This document shows, piece by piece, positions 38,854 to 48,816 of a stretch of DNA of 64,000 bases (position 1 is its first letter; every line of letters starts with the position of its first letter). The notes under the pieces are model-generated. The model saw nothing but the letters and a program-made list of their open reading frames with translations, was not told where the DNA came from and ran no database searches. The DNA lies in the NCBI GenBank assembly GCA_020832235.1, contig JAFIEZ010000003.1, positions 333,350 to 397,349 on the forward strand, in the 5' to 3' direction. The position numbers and the translations under genes were made by a program. Source of the stretch: Bacteroidota bacterium (GTDB lineage: Bacteria > Bacteroidota > Rhodothermia > Balneolales > HLUCCA01).

Positions 38854-40794
38854 ATGTATATCAGTAGATTAGTCCTTTTTTTGTTCCCGGTTTTAGTGTT
38901 TATGTCGTGCTCTGGTACAGATAGCGCCTCAGTTTCTGACCCGGTTGTTGCAAATGTTGCCGGAGAACCAATTTTTTACTCACAGGTTCGCGCTCAATTT
39001 TTTAGCTCTGGTGCAAGACCAGAACAGGAAATGACGCGAGAGCAGGAAATTGAAGAACTCAGAGAGTTTTTACCCCTTTATGTTAACTACCGTGCTAAAT
39101 TGGCAGAAGCACGGCTAGGTGGTTATTTTGTAAAGAATGAAATACTCAGCGAACTCGCAGTTTATGAGCAACAGACGGCTCAACCCTTCTGGTTAGAAAA
39201 TCGTATACGTGAGCAAATGCTGGATGAATATATTGAACGTGCATCCGTTGAGATACATGCCTCACACATGCTTATCATGTTGCCCCAAAACCCTGTGCGA
39301 GCGGATACCCTAAGAGCTTACAACCGGCTTCTGGAAGCCCGGGATAAAGCCCTGCAGGGGGCCGACTTTGACAGTTTGAGCGTTGTATACTCAAGCATGC
39401 AGCAAGGTCGTAGTGTTGGAGGAGATCTTGGATACTTTTCAGTCGGATGGGCCGTCAAAGACTTCGAGGATGTTGTATTTACAACACCTGTAGGTGGTAT
39501 TTCTATGCCTTTTAGAACACAGTTTGGTTATCACATCGTTAAGGTACATGATGTCAGAGAGACTGTTCAGGACAGAAGGTTATCACATATCTTCTTTCAA
39601 ACAAGAAATGATTTAGACGTTGAAGAAGCGCTTCAATCTGCAGGTGATATATTTTCGGACTTAAGTCAGAACACCATTACTTGGGATCAAGCAGTTGAAC
39701 AGTTTAGTCAAGACAGACAGTCTGCTGTTAATAATGGAAATATTGGGTGGGTTAACCATGGCCGATACGACCCTCAATTTACCAATGTCGTTATGTCCAT
39801 ACCGTCAGTAGGCGATATTACTGAGCCCTTCTACTCTGGATATGGGGTACATATTGTCAGGCTGGACTCAATTCGTACTTTCAAAAGTGATGAAGACTTT
39901 AGATCAGAAATGTTAAGCCGCCTTCAGGCGCTGCCAAGATATAGGGAAACACAGGAGTTTACAAACAAACATGTGCGGGAAGCTGGCAGTGAGTTTATCT
40001 ACCGAGATGCTTTTGATGCTTTTGAGTCTCCAATTTATAATCACACAGGTGGTTTCTCCAGTGTCGTATGGGACGAAGACGTATTATCCGCCCCTGTTTA
40101 TAGGTTGAATAACACTACGTATACCGCGGGTGATTTCAGGGATTGGGTTTTCGCTAATTTGGATACTTCAGCCACTACAAACTATCATTTCTCAGTGCGT
40201 GAACGTTTCATCAACGACGTAACTCAGAATCATATTGTTGATATTACCAAAGATGTGTTCCCTGAATTTGCCGCGTTAAGCAGAGAGTATCTGAACGGGT
40301 TGGTTATTTTCAGTATATCAGAAGATTCTGTTTGGAACTACGCCCGATACGATACCTTATCTTTACGCGGAATCTACGAACAGGATCCCGAACGATTCCA
40401 ATTTGACGATCGGTACTTCTACTTCAGAGTTGCTGCTAATACAGATTCAACGCTGAATCTTGCAATCAGTAGATTACAAGATGGTATTTCACCAGATAGT
40501 CTTAGAAGAGAAATGCCTGGATTATTAATTCGCTCGGATGTCATTAATGACCTGTCTCAATCACCCTTCTCGTACTTGCAAGGCTTGCAAGAAGGTGAAA
40601 TTTCACAGAGATTTGACTATAGAAACAGGCGTACGGTACTCTTACTGGACCGTATTGAACCGTCAAGAACAATGACTTTTGACGAAGCATTCTTCAGGAT
40701 TGTCTCTGAATACCAGCCCATTAGGGAGCGGAATTGGGTAAATAGGCTTCAACAGACTCATAACGTAAGTATGTACCCTGAGAGGATAAACTAG
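38854..40794 (+). CDS. Peptidylprolyl isomerase lipoprotein with two parvulin (PpiC) domains
   Basis: Lipobox FMSC. Parvulin cores: ASHMLI...GGDLGYF...FGYHIVKV and LSHIFF...NGNIGWV...YGVHIVRL. Confidence 0.85.
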   Translation: MYISRLVLFLFPVLVFMSCSGTDSASVSDPVVANVAGEPIFYSQVRAQFFSSGARPEQEMTREQEIEELREFLPLYVNYRAKLAEARLGGYFVKNEILSELAVYEQQTAQPFWLENRIREQMLDEYIERASVEIHASHMLIMLPQNPVRADTLRAYNRLLEARDKALQGADFDSLSVVYSSMQQGRSVGGDLGYFSVGWAVKDFEDVVFTTPVGGISMPFRTQFGYHIVKVHDVRETVQDRRLSHIFFQTRNDLDVEEALQSAGDIFSDLSQNTITWDQAVEQFSQDRQSAVNNGNIGWVNHGRYDPQFTNVVMSIPSVGDITEPFYSGYGVHIVRLDSIRTFKSDEDFRSEMLSRLQALPRYRETQEFTNKHVREAGSEFIYRDAFDAFESPIYNHTGGFSSVVWDEDVLSAPVYRLNNTTYTAGDFRDWVFANLDTSATTNYHFSVRERFINDVTQNHIVDITKDVFPEFAALSREYLNGLVIFSISEDSVWNYARYDTLSLRGIYEQDPERFQFDDRYFYFRVAANTDSTLNLAISRLQDGISPDSLRREMPGLLIRSDVINDLSQSPFSYLQGLQEGEISQRFDYRNRRTVLLLDRIEPSRTMTFDEAFFRIVSEYQPIRERNWVNRLQQTHNVSMYPERIN

Positions 40795-40798
40795 AGCA

Positions 40799-41668
40799 TT
40801 GTTTAGTCTGCATAAATACTCCAATCCAGTAGCGCTTATTTTTGTTACACTCTTTACAGTGCTAGCGGGGTGTGCAGTTGACAGGCCTCCGTCAGATGAG
40901 ACCGTTATAGCACGTGTTGGGAAGAGTTACCTCACACTTGAACACGCACTTCGAGATATTCCGGCTTTTGTATTAGAGCAGGATAGTGCCTCTGCAGTAC
41001 TTTCTTATCGAAATGACTGGATTCTATCTAACGTTATTCATCAAGAAGCGTTACGAACCGGATTGAACAATAATGAAGGCATCCATAACAGACTTTTAGC
41101 AGCTGAACGAGAAGTGTTGAGGCAAGCAATGCGTGAGGCTGCTATTGCTTCCTCACCTATTGCTATAACAGATTCGGAAGTGCGCGATTATTATAATCAG
41201 CATAGAGAAAACTTCGTTCTTCAAGAGCGCTATTTGCGTGTTCGCCATGTTGTTACCGAAACCTTGGACCAATCCAGAGATGCAAAAAATGACCTTTTAA
41301 GAGGAATTGGCTGGGAAACAGTCGTTGAAAGATACGCCTTAAATAAAGAAGAAACATTGGAGAAGGCCAATCAGTTTTTTCCAGAATCCACACTGTTCTT
41401 GGATAATCGGTTAATGAGAGATTATCTAAGAGTTATGGGAATTACGGAAATATCACCAATAAGGGGCTTTCAAGGTCAATATCATTTTATCCAAATTATG
41501 GAAGATAGAGCCGCTGGTGAACATCCTGATATTGAATGGGTATTTGAACAAATTAGAACATGGCTTGAAATGGAGAAACGCCGAAGAACAATCCGTATAT
41601 TTGAACAAAATTTAGTGTTACAGGCCGAAGCAAACAATGAAATACAGGTCTTTGACGTAGTACAATAA
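40799..41668 (+). CDS. SurA-N/parvulin-like chaperone lipoprotein (degenerate PPIase domain)
   Basis: TTG start, lipobox LAGC. Contains RVRHVV...GQYHFIQIMED, a divergent parvulin-like core. Confidence 0.65.
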   Translation: MFSLHKYSNPVALIFVTLFTVLAGCAVDRPPSDETVIARVGKSYLTLEHALRDIPAFVLEQDSASAVLSYRNDWILSNVIHQEALRTGLNNNEGIHNRLLAAEREVLRQAMREAAIASSPIAITDSEVRDYYNQHRENFVLQERYLRVRHVVTETLDQSRDAKNDLLRGIGWETVVERYALNKEETLEKANQFFPESTLFLDNRLMRDYLRVMGITEISPIRGFQGQYHFIQIMEDRAAGEHPDIEWVFEQIRTWLEMEKRRRTIRIFEQNLVLQAEANNEIQVFDVVQ

Positions 41669-41696
41669 GTAAATCAATTTTCAATACCCTATAATT

Positions 41697-43043
41697 ATGC
41701 CAAAATTACTAATGATTGCAGTTTTGATGCTTTCATCTGCATCATTTATTCAGGCTCAACAGCGAGCCGAAATTTCAGACAAAATTGTCGCCGTAGTTAA
41801 TGATCACATTATTTTAAAGTCGGAAGTAGACAACAGAACAGCTGAGTTCATGCAATCTCAACAAGGTCTACGTTTTTCCGAAGAATTGTGGTTTGATGTC
41901 CTTGAGTCTATGATAGACAACTTCGTCATGGTTGAGAAGGCGCGAATCGATTCAATTATTGTTTCTGACGATGAAGTGAACAGGCAATTAGACCAGCGTA
42001 TCCGGGCTTTAACGCAGCGGGCTGGTGGTGAACAACAGCTTGAAAGAGCACTTGGCAGATCTATTGTTCAACTTAGAGCCGAATTCAGAGAGCAGTTTCG
42101 TCAAGACCTGCTAGCAGAACGTGTACGCGATCAAAAACGAAGACGAATTACAATTACCAGACCGGAAGTAGAAGCATTTTTTAATGAAATACCAACAGAC
42201 TCTCTTCCGACAATTCCAGAAACGGTAGAATTAGCGCAAATAGTCATTATCCCCCCCCCTAAAGAAGAGGCTCAAAATAGAGCATTTCAGCTTGCAAGTG
42301 CTGTTCGTGACTCCATTTTGAATCATGGAGCCGAATTTGAAGCCATGGCACGCCGTTTCGGAGAAGACGGCACTGCAGCAAATGGGGGATTATTACCACT
42401 TATGCCAATGAGTGATTTGGTTTCCGAGTACTCAGCGGCCGCATCTGCACTATCACCAGGCGAAGTTTCACAGGTTGTGAGAACTCCTTTTGGGTATCAT
42501 ATAATACGTCTCAACAGGCGCGTCGCAGACCAGATAGAATCCAATCACATATTATTTCGAGTTGGTGATGATGAACTGGATGAAGAGTTTGCAATCAAAA
42601 AACTGGCAGCAATTAGAGATAGTGTTAAAACACAAAATATTCGCTTCGCAGATCTGGCACGTAGACATTCAGACGATAGAAATACAGCTCCATCTGGTGG
42701 CCGATTGTTAAATCCGCAGACCGGAGAACGTTTGTTGCCCGTTGATCAGCTAGATCCGAATTTATTTCGTACGGTTTTGCTGCTTGAGAATATTGGGGAC
42801 ATATCTGAACCTAGACCATTTAACACAGGCCAAGGTGGTGCCCAACAACGCGCATTCAGAATTGTTATGCTCAACAACAGGGTGCCAGAGCACATAGCTA
42901 ATCTCAATGATGATTTCGAGCTAATTCGCATCTTCGCTTTGCAAGAGAAGCAACAACGTATACTTTCAGAATGGATGGCAGATCTTAGAAAGGAAGTATA
43001 TGTTGAATATTTTATATACAATCCATTCTTATCATCGAACTGA
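41697..43043 (+). CDS. surA: SurA-like periplasmic chaperone / peptidylprolyl isomerase
   Basis: Signal peptide and SurA N-domain (IVAVVNDHIILKSEVD). Two parvulin domains (LAQIVI...GGLLPLM...FGYHIIRL; SNHILF...). Confidence 0.85.
   Translation: MPKLLMIAVLMLSSASFIQAQQRAEISDKIVAVVNDHIILKSEVDNRTAEFMQSQQGLRFSEELWFDVLESMIDNFVMVEKARIDSIIVSDDEVNRQLDQRIRALTQRAGGEQQLERALGRSIVQLRAEFREQFRQDLLAERVRDQKRRRITITRPEVEAFFNEIPTDSLPTIPETVELAQIVIIPPPKEEAQNRAFQLASAVRDSILNHGAEFEAMARRFGEDGTAANGGLLPLMPMSDLVSEYSAAASALSPGEVSQVVRTPFGYHIIRLNRRVADQIESNHILFRVGDDELDEEFAIKKLAAIRDSVKTQNIRFADLARRHSDDRNTAPSGGRLLNPQTGERLLPVDQLDPNLFRTVLLLENIGDISEPRPFNTGQGGAQQRAFRIVMLNNRVPEHIANLNDDFELIRIFALQEKQQRILSEWMADLRKEVYVEYFIYNPFLSSN
42251..42259 (+). 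repeat. C9 homopolymer inside the surA-like CDS
   Basis: ATC CCC CCC CCT encodes I-P-P-P. Nine consecutive C read directly from the sequence. Confidence 0.95.
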
Positions 43044-43057
43044 GTTAAAACAGAAAT

Positions 43058-44056
43058 ATGTCTGACACCAAGCCGGATTTAAAATCAGAAGCAAAATCTT
43101 TTCAGAACTCCTTCGAATTACTTCAAAATGAAATCGGTAAAGTTGTAGTTGGTCAAAGAGAAGTTGTTGATCAGTTATTGATTAGCCTGTTTTCTAACGG
43201 GCATTGCGTGCTTGTTGGAGTACCGGGATTAGCTAAAACATTGCTGATTAAAACACTAGCACAGGCCCTTAATCTGGATTTCAACCGAATTCAGTTTACC
43301 CCCGATTTAATGCCCGGAGATATTACGGGTACTGAAATTATTGAGGAAAATTTCGAAACAGGTGCTAAGCAGTTCAAGTTCGTTAAAGGACCCATATTTT
43401 CGAGTATCATTCTGGCTGATGAAATCAATCGAACTCCACCAAAAACACAAGCCGCATTATTGGAAGCAATGCAGGAGTTTAAAGTAACAGCAGCAGGGAA
43501 AACATACTCACTCAATAAGCCGTTTTTTGTTCTGGCCACTCAAAACCCTATTGAACAAGAAGGTACCTATCCCCTTCCAGAAGCTCAGTTAGATCGATTT
43601 ATGTTCAACTTGCGCCTGAACTACCCCTCGTTCGAGGAGGAAATAGATATCGTTCAACAAACAACCAGCAATCAGAAAGTTCAGGTAAATCAAGTGCTCG
43701 ATGCGCAACAGATATTGCGGATGCAAGAGTTGACAAGAGAAGTGGCTGTGCCTGAGTCTGTACTTCATTTTGCAGTGAGACTGGTAAACATGACTCGACC
43801 TGCCTCAGACATTGCTCCTGATTTTGTTAAGAAATATATGAGCTGGGGTGCCGGTCCAAGAGCATCTCAAAATATTATCCTCGCATCAAAAACTCGTGCA
43901 TTGGCACTTGGACGTTTTTCTGTGATTGAAGAAGACATTAAAGCATTGGCTGCTCCGGTTTTACGACATCGTATTGTTAATAACTATGCCGCCGAAGCTG
44001 AACAAATAACAACGGATATTTTGGTTGAGCGGCTACTAAACTCAGCCAAATCCTGA
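43058..44056 (+). CDS. MoxR-family AAA+ ATPase
   Basis: Walker A GVPGLAKT, Walker B ILADEINR, and AAA_3 pattern [13 protein letters not shown]...[22 protein letters not shown]. Confidence 0.93.
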   Translation: MSDTKPDLKSEAKSFQNSFELLQNEIGKVVVGQREVVDQLLISLFSNGHCVLVGVPGLAKTLLIKTLAQALNLDFNRIQFTPDLMPGDITGTEIIEENFETGAKQFKFVKGPIFSSIILADEINRTPPKTQAALLEAMQEFKVTAAGKTYSLNKPFFVLATQNPIEQEGTYPLPEAQLDRFMFNLRLNYPSFEEEIDIVQQTTSNQKVQVNQVLDAQQILRMQELTREVAVPESVLHFAVRLVNMTRPASDIAPDFVKKYMSWGAGPRASQNIILASKTRALALGRFSVIEEDIKALAAPVLRHRIVNNYAAEAEQITTDILVERLLNSAKS

Positions 44057-44076
44057 ATGATTTAAGTTGATACATT

Positions 44077-46200
44077 TTGTCGATTGATTTCATCGGTTTT
44101 CAGTCAATGTTCCCGGTCTGGTTGCTGACTATTGCTATTGTTTTGGCGGTATCAATTAGTATATGGTCTTACTTAAATTATACGTCATTACCCCTTTTTT
44201 CCAGAATCACGTTGGCGACGCTTCGTGTAGGAGCGTTGATAATTTTATTTCTTCTGCTGATTAATCCTAGGTTTGAACGTGTTCAAACTATTGAGTCTAC
44301 CCCAACAGTCTCTTTACTCATAGACGATACCCAAAGTATTGGAATTGAAAAGAATAACTGGAATGGTCTAAACGATATGCAGTCTGTTCTTAGCTCTGTT
44401 GAGCAGTCACTATCTGAACTGAATATTGCGATGAGGTGGCGATCTTTTTACCGAAATAGTGAGGCAGTTGATTCGTTTGAAAGTTTGCAATTTGATAAAT
44501 CAGGCACCGACATCAATCGAGTATTAACAGAATATGACCAGATAAGCGATTCCGATATCTTTATTCTGGTAACAGATGGCATAAGTACAACCGGCAGAGA
44601 CCCTGCTTTTGCAGGAAGAATGATGAATCGACCTGTATTCACTGTTGCAGTTGGTGACACGGCTTTACAAAGAGATATTGTACTCCAACGCGTTGATTAC
44701 CCGAGGAATGCTTTTATTAATGCTTCCACTTCTATTTCGGCTGTAATCCGTAACGATGGGTATAAGGATGAGGCCATTTCTGTGATATTACGGTCTGGAA
44801 GTGATGTAATTGATCAAAAAGAGATTCAGACCTCTAGTGAAAGATCAACTCATCAAGTTGAATTTACGGTGGAATCGGATGTGGATGGCCTGAAATCTTT
44901 TACTATTGAAACACTCCCACTTGATGGAGAATGGTCACTCGTAAATAATACTAGAAATTTCTCAATCAACTTTATGGACGATGTAACCAGAATTCTATAT
45001 CTGGCATACGAAATTCATCCTGACGTGGGAGCTTTTAGAAATATTTTGCAGACAAATCCTTCTGTTCTCGTAACACCAAGAACATGGATAACAGATGATC
45101 GATTTGTCGAGGGCATTTTGCCAAGTCGTACCGATACCTTTGATGTTGTTATTGTTCATGGTTTACCTGACTCCCAGAATGCTCAAAACAGATTGAAAAA
45201 TATGGTTGAGCAAAACTCTGTCTTTTTTCTATTATCACCCATGGTCAGTTCTGCTGAATGGACAGAAGTAACAAATAGAATTTTGGGACGACCATCCTTG
45301 AGAGTTGACAGAGGGGTGCAAAACGTACAGATTAGACCATCTAATGACCAAAGTGGTCATTCTATTTTATCGCTTCCCCCTCTCGAGTTTAGCAGGACTC
45401 CAGCATTGCAATCACCTGTAGCCGGCATTAATGAATCTCCATCTGGAACCAATATTCTGTATGCTACTTTTAGAGGCGAGCCAACCACAACACCTTTATT
45501 GACTATTACGCAAACCGGGAATAATCGCAATGCATTTTTACTCGCGTATGGTCTCCAGCAGTGGTTCTTGCAGGGGGATGATGATCAACGTTCGTGGCTC
45601 GATGCACTGTTGACCAATATAACCAATTGGGTCGCGGCTGATATTCAAGATGAACTATTTGAAATCTCTACGATCTTGCCGGAATTTGATTCGGGAGAAC
45701 CAGTGTTATTTGTAGCGGATGTACGCGATGAATCGGGAAACCCGGAGAGTAATGCTCAAATTGATCTCACTGTCATTTCGGAGGAAGCCGGTGTGAACAG
45801 ATCTTTTACGATGCAATCTTCTGGTCGAGGTCGGTATAACCTCGATATTGGTGCTGTTCCAGAAGGTGTATACTTATTTGAAGCTGAAGCTAGGGTTGGG
45901 GCACAATTTTTGGGTGCACAAAGCGGAAGTTTTCAGGTTGGAAATTCTGCAATTGAATTCATAAATACGCAGCGAAACGATGATGCTTTACGTCAAATTG
46001 CTCAGGGCTCTGGTGGTTCTTTTTTTATATACGATGATCTGCAGAACTTTGCGGATAGTGTAAATGAAATACTGGAGCTTCGTTCTAGTACAGAACAGCG
46101 CATTCCAGGTTATGTTAACCGTTCTCCATTATGGTTTATAGTGCTTATTCTATTCTTAGCCGCCGAATGGTTATATCGCAAGAAGCTTTCCTTGCCTTAA
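44077..46200 (+). CDS. Membrane protein with BatA-like N-terminal double-TM anchor, vWA-like domain and C-terminal TM
   Basis: N-terminal two TM helices. vWA-like LLIDDTQSIG...GTDINRVL...IFILVTDGISTTG...PVFTVAVGD. C-terminal TM LWFIVLILFLAAEWLY. Lies downstream of moxR. Confidence 0.65.
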   Translation: MSIDFIGFQSMFPVWLLTIAIVLAVSISIWSYLNYTSLPLFSRITLATLRVGALIILFLLLINPRFERVQTIESTPTVSLLIDDTQSIGIEKNNWNGLNDMQSVLSSVEQSLSELNIAMRWRSFYRNSEAVDSFESLQFDKSGTDINRVLTEYDQISDSDIFILVTDGISTTGRDPAFAGRMMNRPVFTVAVGDTALQRDIVLQRVDYPRNAFINASTSISAVIRNDGYKDEAISVILRSGSDVIDQKEIQTSSERSTHQVEFTVESDVDGLKSFTIETLPLDGEWSLVNNTRNFSINFMDDVTRILYLAYEIHPDVGAFRNILQTNPSVLVTPRTWITDDRFVEGILPSRTDTFDVVIVHGLPDSQNAQNRLKNMVEQNSVFFLLSPMVSSAEWTEVTNRILGRPSLRVDRGVQNVQIRPSNDQSGHSILSLPPLEFSRTPALQSPVAGINESPSGTNILYATFRGEPTTTPLLTITQTGNNRNAFLLAYGLQQWFLQGDDDQRSWLDALLTNITNWVAADIQDELFEISTILPEFDSGEPVLFVADVRDESGNPESNAQIDLTVISEEAGVNRSFTMQSSGRGRYNLDIGAVPEGVYLFEAEARVGAQFLGAQSGSFQVGNSAIEFINTQRNDDALRQIAQGSGGSFFIYDDLQNFADSVNEILELRSSTEQRIPGYVNRSPLWFIVLILFLAAEWLYRKKLSLP

Positions 46201-46269
46201 ATAGAAAGCTGTAACAGCGTCGTCTTAGCCATTTTGACACTACTTGACCTAGTCAGACGTCTATTCTCT

Positions 46270-46812
46270 TTAGATTTTGATCAGTGAGTGTGATGGGGCA
46301 ATATTGTTCAGCTTTTCAACTCCATGTAAAAAGCAAAGTTCAATAATAAATGAAAACCCAATCACATTGCCACCCAGTTGCTTTACAAGGTCAGCCGCAG
46401 CACCAGCTGTACCGCCTGTTGCTATGAGATCGTCGTGAATAATCACATTCGCTCCCGACTTAAACGCATCTGCGTGCATTTCAACAGCATCTGTACCGTA
46501 TTCTAGCTCGTATTCTGAACGAACAGTTTTATAGGGTAGCCTATTGGGTTTTCGAACAGGAATGAAACCTGCATGCAGGTCCATAGCAAGCCGAGGACCA
46601 AAAAGAAAACCTCTTGACTCAAGTCCAATTACATAATCGACAGATTGCTGAATAAAGGGCTTAACTAATAATCGTGTTGTATGGTATACAGCTTCTGGAT
46701 TCCCCAGCAATGGGGTGATATCCTTAAACTGAATGCCTTTTTTAGGAAAATCAGGAATGGTGCGTATGTTAGCTTCAAGAAAGTTAAGAATCTCTTTGTC
46801 GATGGTACTCAT
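46270..46812 (-). CDS. apt: Adenine phosphoribosyltransferase
   Basis: FPKKGIQFKDITPLL and PRPP-binding loop VIIHDDLIATGGTA. Confidence 0.94.
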   Translation of the reverse strand: MSTIDKEILNFLEANIRTIPDFPKKGIQFKDITPLLGNPEAVYHTTRLLVKPFIQQSVDYVIGLESRGFLFGPRLAMDLHAGFIPVRKPNRLPYKTVRSEYELEYGTDAVEMHADAFKSGANVIIHDDLIATGGTAGAAADLVKQLGGNVIGFSFIIELCFLHGVEKLNNIAPSHSLIKI

Positions 46813-46878
46813 AGTTGCTTATGTTTTGTGCTTGCAAAATTAACGTTCAATAATACACATAAAAAACTGCATTAGTAT

Positions 46879-47355
46879 ATGATGATGTCTCTTATTAATA
46901 CCGCTCATGAACATTATCGATATATGTTACAAGCCTTTTATGAGGCCGAATCTGCTCTAAAGCAAAACGAAGTTCCTGTAGGTGCAGTGATTGTTCGAAA
47001 TGGTATAGTTGTGGGTAGAGGTCATAATCTAGTAGAAACTTTGCAAGACCCGACTGCACATGCTGAAGTAGTAGCTATAACGGCTGCTTGTGAGACATTA
47101 CAGTCAAAATACCTTCTCGACTGCACCATGTATGTAACACTAGAACCATGCCCTATGTGTTCAGGAGCTCTGGTATGGTCGAAGATTCCAAGAGTGGTAT
47201 TTGGTGCAATTGATGAAAAGTCTGGTGGTTGTGGAAGCCTATTCAATATTTGCCAGCATAAAAATCTAAATCATCAAATCGAAGTATTGGGTGGCGTTAT
47301 GGAGCAGGATTGTTCTGAAATATTGAAAAAGTGGTTTGCAAGCAGACGTATCTAG
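46879..47355 (+). CDS. tadA: tRNA adenosine(34) deaminase
   Basis: CDA zinc motifs HAEVVAI and PCPMCSGAL. Confidence 0.92.
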   Translation: MMMSLINTAHEHYRYMLQAFYEAESALKQNEVPVGAVIVRNGIVVGRGHNLVETLQDPTAHAEVVAITAACETLQSKYLLDCTMYVTLEPCPMCSGALVWSKIPRVVFGAIDEKSGGCGSLFNICQHKNLNHQIEVLGGVMEQDCSEILKKWFASRRI

Positions 47356-47940
47356 CTAATTGGAGTACAAATGGTTAGACTTGATGTATTTCATAACACT
47401 TGAAGGTATATTTTCAGACTCCCCGCTGGTCATAATTTCATTTCGTATAGATGTTGAGGATATCCCTACAGGAGTGTGCGTGACCAGTGTACAACGGTTT
47501 TGGATGTCTGATGGTACAGAATCTATATTATAATCAGGTCTGCTTGCCACAAGGAGCATCCATCCAGATAAGATTTGTTCGTACTGAAACCAGGTATTAA
47601 AACTATTCAAGTTGTCGGACCCTATACACCACATAAATAGTGTCTGAGGATATTTCGACTGCAAATGTCTTAGTGTCTGAAGAGTATATCCGGGTGAGGG
47701 CAAATGTTGTTCTATGTCGACTACTTTGACCCTGTCCATTTTAAAAAAGGCAAGCTCCAACATTTCTAAGCGATGCATGAAACTCGTTAAACCTTCAACA
47801 CTTTTATGAGGTGGTTTGTAAGAAGGTACAACCCAAAGATCATCAATAAGCCCGCTGTTTAAAAAGGAGTTAACAATAGCCATATGCCCTGTGTGTACAG
47901 GATCAAACATACCCCCAAGTAAGCCTACTCGTTGCGTCAT
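47356..47940 (-). CDS. nadD: Nicotinate-nucleotide adenylyltransferase
   Basis: GGMFDPVHTGH nucleotidyltransferase motif and C-terminal ISSTSIR. Abuts the tadA stop with zero spacing. Confidence 0.9.
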   Translation of the reverse strand: MTQRVGLLGGMFDPVHTGHMAIVNSFLNSGLIDDLWVVPSYKPPHKSVEGLTSFMHRLEMLELAFFKMDRVKVVDIEQHLPSPGYTLQTLRHLQSKYPQTLFMWCIGSDNLNSFNTWFQYEQILSGWMLLVASRPDYNIDSVPSDIQNRCTLVTHTPVGISSTSIRNEIMTSGESENIPSSVMKYIKSNHLYSN

Positions 47941-47966
47941 CTAGCTACCAATTCGATAAATGTTCG

Positions 47967-48797
47967 CTATTCGTTTACAGGCGTTCTTCGTGCTTGGGCT
48001 AAACCTTGGCGGGCGCGGTCTACACGCTCTTCAACAACACTCCTGTTTTCGCCACGTGGAAACAACTGAATGTACGTTTCATAACTATTAATTGCCATTT
48101 GGAATCGCTCAGCTTGACGTTCTGGCACACTATTTTCTGCAAACTGAATATAAGCATCAATTTGACTTGCCAAAGCTCTCTCTGCCCATTTTGTTTCAGG
48201 AAACATGTCGAGAACAAGCCCGAAGTAAATAGCTGCAGCCTGATATTGCCTTATCCTTAGATACATCTGGCCGGCAGAATATTCTTTTTGAGCCAGCTTA
48301 TTACGCATTTCGTCGATCAGATTTGCAGCCTCTTGAGCTTGTTCCGTGTTAGGGTATCTGCCAATAAATAATTGCATCAACTCTATAGCTCTGTAGGTGT
48401 CGCTTTGATCGAGTTTATAGCGAGGGCTCAAGCGATAGTAACTCATAGCTTGTTTGAATTCAGCGTCTATTCGACGGTCTGAGCGCGGGAAGTTAGTAGC
48501 GTAACGCTGAAACTCGGAAGCAGCGATTAGATATTCTCTGTTATTAAAATAACTCATGGCTAGCAGGTACTGACTTTCCTGGGCTATTTCAGTACCACGA
48601 CCGATGGAAAGAACCGTTTCAAATGATCTGGCAGCATCAGTAAAACGCCCCCTTTCGTAAAAGTTATTCGCTTTTTCAAAGGCCACTTCTAGTGAATCGC
48701 CCTGACGAATATGTCTGCTGCTGCTGCATCCTAGAATAATTACTAAAAGCAGAATGAAACTGGTTAATTTGGTTATCATGTTGGTCTTTGAAAACAT
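47967..48797 (-). CDS. bamD: Outer membrane protein assembly factor BamD (YfiO family TPR lipoprotein)
   Basis: Lipobox ILGCSS and TPR-like repeats throughout. Size and pattern are typical of BamD. Confidence 0.8.
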   Translation of the reverse strand: MFSKTNMITKLTSFILLLVIILGCSSSRHIRQGDSLEVAFEKANNFYERGRFTDAARSFETVLSIGRGTEIAQESQYLLAMSYFNNREYLIAASEFQRYATNFPRSDRRIDAEFKQAMSYYRLSPRYKLDQSDTYRAIELMQLFIGRYPNTEQAQEAANLIDEMRNKLAQKEYSAGQMYLRIRQYQAAAIYFGLVLDMFPETKWAERALASQIDAYIQFAENSVPERQAERFQMAINSYETYIQLFPRGENRSVVEERVDRARQGLAQARRTPVNE

Positions 48798-48816
48798 AAA
48801 AGAATAAAACTAAAAA

